Positions 57,086 through 64,000 of a stretch of DNA of 64,000 bases are shown here, in pieces (the first letter of the stretch is position 1; each line of letters starts with the position of its first letter). The position numbers and the translations under genes are program-made. The stretch comes from an uncultured Candidatus Saccharibacteria bacterium. Its GTDB lineage: Bacteria; Patescibacteriota; Minisyncoccia; Phycocordibacterales; UBA5272. The notes beneath the pieces were generated by a model. It was given only the letters and a program-made list of their open reading frames with translations, ran no database searches and was not told where the DNA came from. The DNA lies in contig CAZWMQ010000001.1 in assembly GCA_964635125.1 (NCBI GenBank), forward strand, positions 211,272 to 275,271, read 5' to 3'.

Positions 57086-58651
57086 TTATTTAATTAAAAA
57101 TTTGTCTAAGGCCCCACCATATTCTTTAAGATAGTTTCTGATTTGTTTTTTAGCTAAGGAAGTGTAAGCAAAATCTAATCATTTCCTACTTGGCTTAGCA
57201 TCATGTTTAGTGATTATTTCTACAATATCACGATTTTTTAATTTAGTATTTAGTGAAACTATTTTTTGATTTATGATAGCTTTAGAAATATGGTTGCCAA
57301 TATCTGAATGAATATAATAAGCAAAATCTATAACTGTGGAGTTTTCAGGTAATTCTAAAATGTCTCCTTTTGGAGTATGTATAAATAATTTTTTATCTAA
57401 AATATTTTCTTTAATATCTTTCAAAAATTCATTATTTAGAGTCGTTTTTTCTATTTGTATTAAGTCTTTAGTTCAGGAGATCTTATCTTCAATATTTTTA
57501 GCTTTTCTTTTATCATATTTAGAATCAGTTTTAGAATTACCTAATTCTTTATAAAATAAATGTGAAGCAATACCATACTCTGCTTCCTCGTGCATTTTTT
57601 GAGTTCTAATTTGTACTTCAAAAGTCCCACCTTCGCCATCAAAGACCGTGGTATGTAGAGATTGATAACCATTTGGTTTTGGTATGGCAATATAGTCTTT
57701 AAATCTTCCCGGAACTGGTTTATAGAGGCCGTGAATCACTCCAAGCACTTGATAACACATGTTAATATCTAGAACTATAATTCTCATCGCTGCAATATCG
57801 TATATCTTTTGTATATCTCAATTATGCTTTTTAAGTTTCTCATAAAGAGAATAGAGATGTTTAAGTCGATAATCTATTTTTAGAAATTTAATTTCAAAAA
57901 TTCGTAATTCTGAACGAACTTTTTTTAATATATTTAAGAGGTAATTCTCAGAAGAGGATTTATTCTCTTCAAACATGACTTTAACTTTTTCATAATCTTC
58001 CGGATAAGCATAAGGGAAAGCATAATCCTCTAATTCACTTTTTAATTTTCCCATACCAATACGATCAGCAAGTCTCGCATGTATTTCCAGAGTTTCAATA
58101 GCAATTCTTTTTCTTTTGTCCTCTCTTAGATACTGTAAAGTTTGCACATTGTTTAATCGATCGCAGAGTTTAATTATCACCACCCGTATATCATTAGATA
58201 TAGCGATAAAGAATTTTCGCATACTCTCGACATGTCTTTCCATACCTTGATATTTAATAGTTCCAAGCTTAGTTACTCCTTCAATTAAGAATAAAATATT
58301 TTTTCCGAATTCTTTATCTATTTCTTCTTTTGTAATTTTAGTATCTTCTAAGACATCATGTAATAAACCAGCAACAATAGTCTCAGTATCCATATTTTGT
58401 TTAGCGATGTTAATAGCAGTATAGACTACATGATTAAAATAGGGCTCGCCACTTTTTCGCAATTGTCCCTCATGAGCTATCTTAGCAAAATTATAAGCTT
58501 TCTTAATTATTTCTTTATCACTTTTAGATATAGATTTATTCTTTGGTATAGATTTAAATATGTCTTCGGTGATCGGAGTTTTATAAATATCAATATTAGT
58601 TATAGTAGATTTTTCTATGTCAGTTGCTCCCAATTCATTTTTAGATGTCAT
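57086..58651 (-). CDS. rel: (p)ppGpp synthetase/hydrolase Rel (RelA/SpoT family), short form
   Basis: HD domain (HDVLEDT), synthetase ([10 protein letters not shown]...[16 protein letters not shown]) and TGS. Two TGA-Trp codons join ORFs 57818, 57473 and 57179, and the frame ends at TAA 57086. It lacks the usual C-terminal ZFD/ACT region. Confidence 0.85.
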
Positions 58652-58950
58652 TTTTTAATTTTAACATTAAAAAAAATCTAGTCAAATAAAAAACTCTACT
58701 AAACATTTAATTAGGTTAGCAGAGTTGGTGGTAAGTTTAAAAATTAATACCAACAGACATAATACTTTCCAAATATACTTTCTGTCGGCACAATCCAAAC
58801 CTCAGTATCTTTTTTCTTTAATTTTTTCAATAATCTATTCCTGAAATAGTTAGCTGAAATTTTAAAGAAAAAAAGTTTAACTTTTGGATCCATAATCGTT
58901 GATTTTACGGTACAAGGTTATACTATAAAAATATTATATTTTTGTCAAAT

Positions 58951-61167
58951 TTACTTTTTCTCTAATTTATGAGGATTATGATTTGGACAAGTTTTATTCG
59001 AGCATCGCTCCGGAATAGTCTTAGTTCCTTCCATCATTAATTCTCCACATATCTTACAGTATGCTCCAGTTGGGCGAGCTTTAATAGTATTTTTACAATC
59101 TGGATAATTAGAACATGCATAAAATACTCCATATCTCCCTCGTCGCTCTTCCATATAACCAGTCTCACATTTATTACATTTTACTCCAGTGTTTTTCTTT
59201 TGCTTCTCTTCCTCAGAAGTCTCAATATATTTACATTTAGGATAATTAGAGCAGGCGATGAATTTACCATATCTACCGGTTCTTTCGATTAATTTACCTT
59301 GTTCACATTTAGGACAAGTCTTACCAGTGTCTTTTGGGCCCTCTAATTCTTCACCATCTAAAGTCCTGGCCCCATCACAATCTGGATATCTTGAGCAAGA
59401 GTAGAATTTACCATTTTTAGATAGTTTAATAATCATTTTAGATTTACATTTTGGACAACGAATATCTTTGGGAGCCTCTCCAAAGTTATTCTGCTTTTCA
59501 ATTTTATCTTTGGCTTTAAGATCTTTCTCAAATGGTTTATAGAAATCAGTTAAGAGTTTGAGATAGGTTAATTTACCATTAGCAATCTTATCTAAATTAT
59601 TTTCCATTTCCGAAGTGAAGGAGTCTGAAATGTATTTAGCGAAATTTTCTTCTAAGAAATCTGAGACTACTTCTCCGGTATCAGTTGGGAAAAGAGTCTT
59701 ATTCATCTTCTCAACATAACCACGGTCCTCAATTGTTGAAATAATTGAAGCATATGTGGATGGTCGACCAATATCTCTTTTTTCTAATTCTTTAATTAGA
59801 CTGGCTTCACTATATCTTCCTGGGGGAGTGGTGGCTTTCTCAATTGAATTAATAGCATACAGCTTTAAATCATCCTTAAGAGATAATTTAGGTAAAGTTA
59901 TATCTTCACCTTTACCATGTGGATCAATCGCTAATCAACCATTAAATATAACTACGGAGCCATTTACGGAAAAGTCTGGATAACTCTTCTCCTGCTTTAT
60001 ATTAGCTGTAATTTTAGTTCTTAATAACTCAGCATCTCGCATCTGTGAAGCGACTGTTCGCATAAAGATTAAGCTATAAAGTCTCTTCTCGTCCGGAGAA
60101 TTTCCAAGATTGCTATTATTAAAGTGAGTTGGGCGAATCGCTTCGTGAGCTTCTTGAGCATTTTTAGATTTAGTTTTGTATTGTCTTATTTCTAAATATT
60201 CTTTACCATATTGATTATTGATAAAGTCTGAAATCTCTTTAATCGCGACTCCGGCTAAATTAGTTGAGTCAGTTCTCATATAAGTAATATATCCTTTTTC
60301 ATATAATTTCTGAGCGAGTATCATGGTTTTCTTTGGAGAATATCCCAATCTTGAAGAAGCAGTTTGTTGTAGGGTGGAAGTGGTAAAAGGGGCTTTTGGA
60401 GAGAGTTTAGCTTTAGTCTCTTTAATGTCTTTTACAAACCAGCTCCCAGCTTTACCTTTAATGACTATTTCTTTAGCTAAACTGGTCGCTTTAGCCTCAT
60501 CTAACTCTGGATTAAGACCTGGTTCAAGAGAACAGTCTAAGATTAATTTATATTTCTTAGATTCTTTCATTTTCCCAATGGTTTCCACTTCGGCAACAAT
60601 ATTAAAGTATTTTACCGGAATAAAGTTTCTTATTTCTCGCTCTCTTTCCATAATAATTCTTAGAGCAGGAGATTGGACTCTACCAGCGGACAATCCATAG
60701 CGAACTTTTTTTCAGATTATACCAGACAATCCATAACCGACTAAGCGATCAAGCACTCTGCGAGCTTCTTGAGCTTCTTTTAAATTTATATCAATCTGTC
60801 TTGGATTTTTTAAAGCTTCAATAATAGCTTCTTTAGTTATTTCGTGGAATACAGCTCGTTTAGATTTCTTCAGATCACAAGCCTCTTTGACATGCCAGGC
60901 AATGGCTTCTCCTTCACGATCGGGGTCGGTGGCTAAGATAGTTTCCGTAGCTTTATTGGCTAAAGATTTAATCTCAGCAATAACTTTCTCTTTACCTTTT
61001 ACTACTTCATAATGAGGAATAAATCCATCTTCAATATCAATGGCTTTCTTATTAGACTTTGGTAGGTCACGAATATGTCCAATTGAGGCTCTAACCGTAT
61101 AATCTTTACCCAAATATTTCTCGATAGTTTTAGCTTTAGAAGGTGATTCGACAATTAATAATTTCAT
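58951..61167 (-). CDS. topA: DNA topoisomerase I
   Basis: Toprim MKLLIVESPSKAKTI and the catalytic region. C-terminal C4 zinc ribbons. Two TGA-Trp codons join ORFs 60712, 59935 and 58951. Confidence 0.9.
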
Positions 61168-61303
61168 AAATAATTAAATAGATTAAAATAAATAGTTCCC
61201 ATTTAACTTAACTCAATTAGATTATTTTTGCAAATAATTGTTAATTTAGAAGTTAAATTAATTATTTTTTTATTATAACATAGGAGAAAAGTTATTATTA
61301 AAA

Positions 61304-61789
61304 TTAGTATAAGATGTTATTATGAAAATTAAATAAAATAGATAAGCATATAAGAATAATAGATATAATTATAATAATTTTATATTTCTTTTTAAATATT
61401 AAATATATTAAAATCAGAATAATCATGTTGAATATTATGAAAAAACTTTTGTATTCATTAGATACAAAAAATGCTTCCGAAGGATGTTCATAGGAGAATG
61501 GAGGGAATACAGAGCTTTTTGGTCCAAAAACGATCCAATTTACTAAAAAAGTAGGAAGAATTATAAGAATTGAGAGTATTTTTTTAAAGAGTGGGTCAAT
61601 CTTATTTAATAAATTATTTCATCTATATACATTATAAAACAGTAATGAAGTGATAAGTATTACAATTAATATGATTTTAATATTTGAGTAATCATAATTG
61701 CTATCTAGTTTGGTAGTAACTAAGATAATAGTTATAATACTAGCAATATAAATTACGATATTTAATAAACCATATAGTATATTTTTCAT
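61304..61789 (-). CDS. hypothetical multi-TM membrane protein (161 aa)
   Basis: Found only when TGA is read as Trp (one in-frame TGA). About 4 TM helices. Absent from the standard-code ORF track. Confidence 0.4.
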
Positions 61790-61811
61790 ATATTTAAATT
61801 ATACCATTAAT

Positions 61812-64000
61812 TTATTTAGCATATTCTGTAGCTTCAGCAAACTTGATAGATAATAATTTTGAACATCCTTCAGCTCCCACGGTTACTCCATATAAGACAT
61901 CACATTGATTCATAGTCTCGCGATTGTGAGTAATTACTAAGAGTTTAGATCTTTCGGCTAATTTTTTAATCATTTGCCCGTATTTGCGAGCATTAGCTTC
62001 ATCGAGGGCGGCATCAGTCTCATCAAGCACCATAAATGGTGGATGATTAATTGAGCTCATAGCGAAGATTAAAGCAATAGAGGAGAGAGCTCTTTCTCCA
62101 CCGGATAACATTTGTAAATCTTTCACTTTCTTTTGTGGAAGATTAATTTGTATATCTACTCCTGGTTCACCCTCATGTTCACTTTCAACTTCTAGCCCTT
62201 TCTCATCGGTTTTATTTTTAATAATATTTTTCTCAATAGCTAAGTTAGCTTTTCCACCAGGAAAAACTTCAGCGAAATAATTATTAAAGTTCTGATTAAT
62301 CTGATTAAGACCAGTATTAAAGTCAGAGAGTAAAGTGTTCTTAAGATCAATAATTAGATTTTCTAGGTTAGACTTAGAATGTTCCAGATCAGCGATCTCT
62401 TTGGTTAAGAATTCATCTCTTTCATTTAGAGATTCGTATTCATCTAAGACTTCTCCAGCATTTAAGACACCGGACTCTTCAATCCTAATCTTACTTCGCT
62501 CTATCTTTCTTCTTAATTCGCTTTGAGGTAATTGAGAGATTGATTTCTCTTCCTCTGATAATTCATTTAGATTAAAGTTTTTATATTTTAGAGATTTTTG
62601 TCCCAATAAGACACTCATTTCTCCTAATAAATTATTAAAGTCAGACTCTTCTTTCTCTAACTCAACTCTCTTTAGATTATGAGTCTCTCTTTGCGAATAT
62701 AGCTTTTCTAGATTTAATTTCAATTGTAATATCTCATTATCTAATTTATAAGTATGTTCTTTGGATTCAGTTTCTAATTTTTGCAATTCAGAGTTTTTAA
62801 TAGATAGTTTAGTTTCTATTTCTTGAATACTTTTTCCAACTTCTAATAAATTATTTTCTTTACTCTCTAAATCCTTTTTTAAGAGTTCAATATGTTCTTG
62901 ACTATTATCTTTCTCTTCTTGAATTTCTTCTTTAATTTCAGAATTATTTTCTTTAGTATCACCTTTAATTCTTTTTATAAAATCTTTTTCTCCGTAATTA
63001 GCTTTTTCAAGATTATTAGTTAATTCCAAATAATTCTTTTCTTGATTAAGTTTGAAAATATTTTCTCAGAGAATCTTACGATTATCTTCAAATTCTATCA
63101 AGTCCGATTTATTAATAATATATTTGTTTAAATTACTCTCTATGAAAGGATTAGTCTCACGAGTGTTTTCAAGATCTTTCCTAACTAAGAATTTTATTTC
63201 TAGATCTAGATTAATTTTTTCTTTATAGAGATTGTCTTTATCAAGATTAAGATCTCTTAATTTATCTTTTAAGTTATTAATTTCATTTTTTAGATTAGAT
63301 AAAAGAGGATTATTATTCTGATCTTGATTATTTTCACTCTCTTCTTGAAACTTTTTACTTCTTAATAAAGTGTGCAGTTTCTCTTCCTCAGTAGCAATGT
63401 TATTTTCAATATTATAGTCATTGATAATTTTCTTTTTCTCAGTTATATCAATATCTTCTTTACCTAAATATATTTTAAGCAGATCTGAAACTTGATTAAT
63501 CTCATCTTCTCTTTTTTCGAGTTCCTTAACTTGCTTACGGAGATAATTAAGGTGAGGCAGATTCTCTCGTCGATTAGACTCTATCTCTTTTAAATGCTCA
63601 CTTACTTTTTCTAATTTTCTAACTCCTTCTTTAATCCGGATATGATAGATTCTTAATCCTAGAGCATCTTCGATCATTTCTCTCCGTTCAATATTATTAG
63701 ACAATAAGATACGATCAGCTTCACCTTGATTAACAATAGTATGCCCTGAAGCAGAAATATTAGCCATCGCTAATAATTCTTGAACATCTTTCAGGCGGAC
63801 CTTAGTTCCATTAATTAAATATTCACTAGCCCCGTCCGAATATATTTCTCGAGTTAGAATAATCTCATCCATAGCTAAGAAATTATTTAAGATAGAGTTA
63901 GACTCTTCTAAATTATTAAATAATTTATTGTCTATTTTCTTATTACTATTATCTAAGATCAAAGAGACCGAGGCCCTTGAAAGTGAAGATAACCTCGGAG
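61812..64000 (-). CDS. smc: chromosome segregation protein SMC (5'-partial, short form)
   Basis: C-terminal head with LSGGERALSSIAL and Walker B VLDETDAALD. The N-terminal region YSDGASEYLINGTKVRL and coiled coils are present. One TGA-Trp at 63066-63068 joins the two track ORFs. It continues past the window end. Confidence 0.85.

Noticed and set aside
1-64000. CRISPR arrays, transposases or IS elements, rRNA genes
   Set aside because: No regularly spaced direct repeats, no transposase or integrase-like ORFs, and no rRNA-like conserved segments were seen anywhere in the window.

Overview
This is a 64 kb, densely coding, low-GC (about 30%) bacterial chromosomal segment from an organism that reads UGA as tryptophan (table-4-like code). 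At least 40 in-frame TGA codons sit at universally conserved Trp positions in rpoB, rpoC, gap, leuS, tgt, uvrA, dnaG, gatB, miaA, rel, topA and smc. The supplied standard-code ORF track therefore splits many genes. I re-joined them by reading TGA as Trp. The window contains:
- Core information-processing genes: rpoB-rpoC, dnaG-rpoD, uvrB, uvrA, topA, smc, parB, leuS, prfA (RF1), rpmE, ychF, obg, gatB, miaA, mnmA, tgt, trhO and rel.
- Central metabolism: gap, rpiB, rpe and a divergent transketolase-like gene pair.
- An OmpR-type two-component system.
- Envelope genes: mltG, sanA, a DsbA-like protein, an aquaporin and an SMR-family transporter.
- Two tRNAs (Tyr-GTA, Leu-CAA), each with a decayed partial copy nearby.
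- A GC-richer three-gene type II restriction-modification cassette at the left end (Dam-like MTase, putative endonuclease, beta-class MTase) that uses no UGA-Trp codons.

The most unusual observations:
1. An otherwise intact leuS carries an insertion of about 150 aa with a perfect Nudix box, exactly at the junction before the CP1 editing domain.
2. tgt carries an in-frame hydrophobic insertion of about 105 aa.
3. A degenerate ORF of about 470 bp with two in-frame TAA codons lies between obg and gatB.
4. The gene content (two-component system, peptidoglycan genes) is not Mollicute-like despite UGA=Trp.

I found no CRISPR array, prophage, integrase or transposase.
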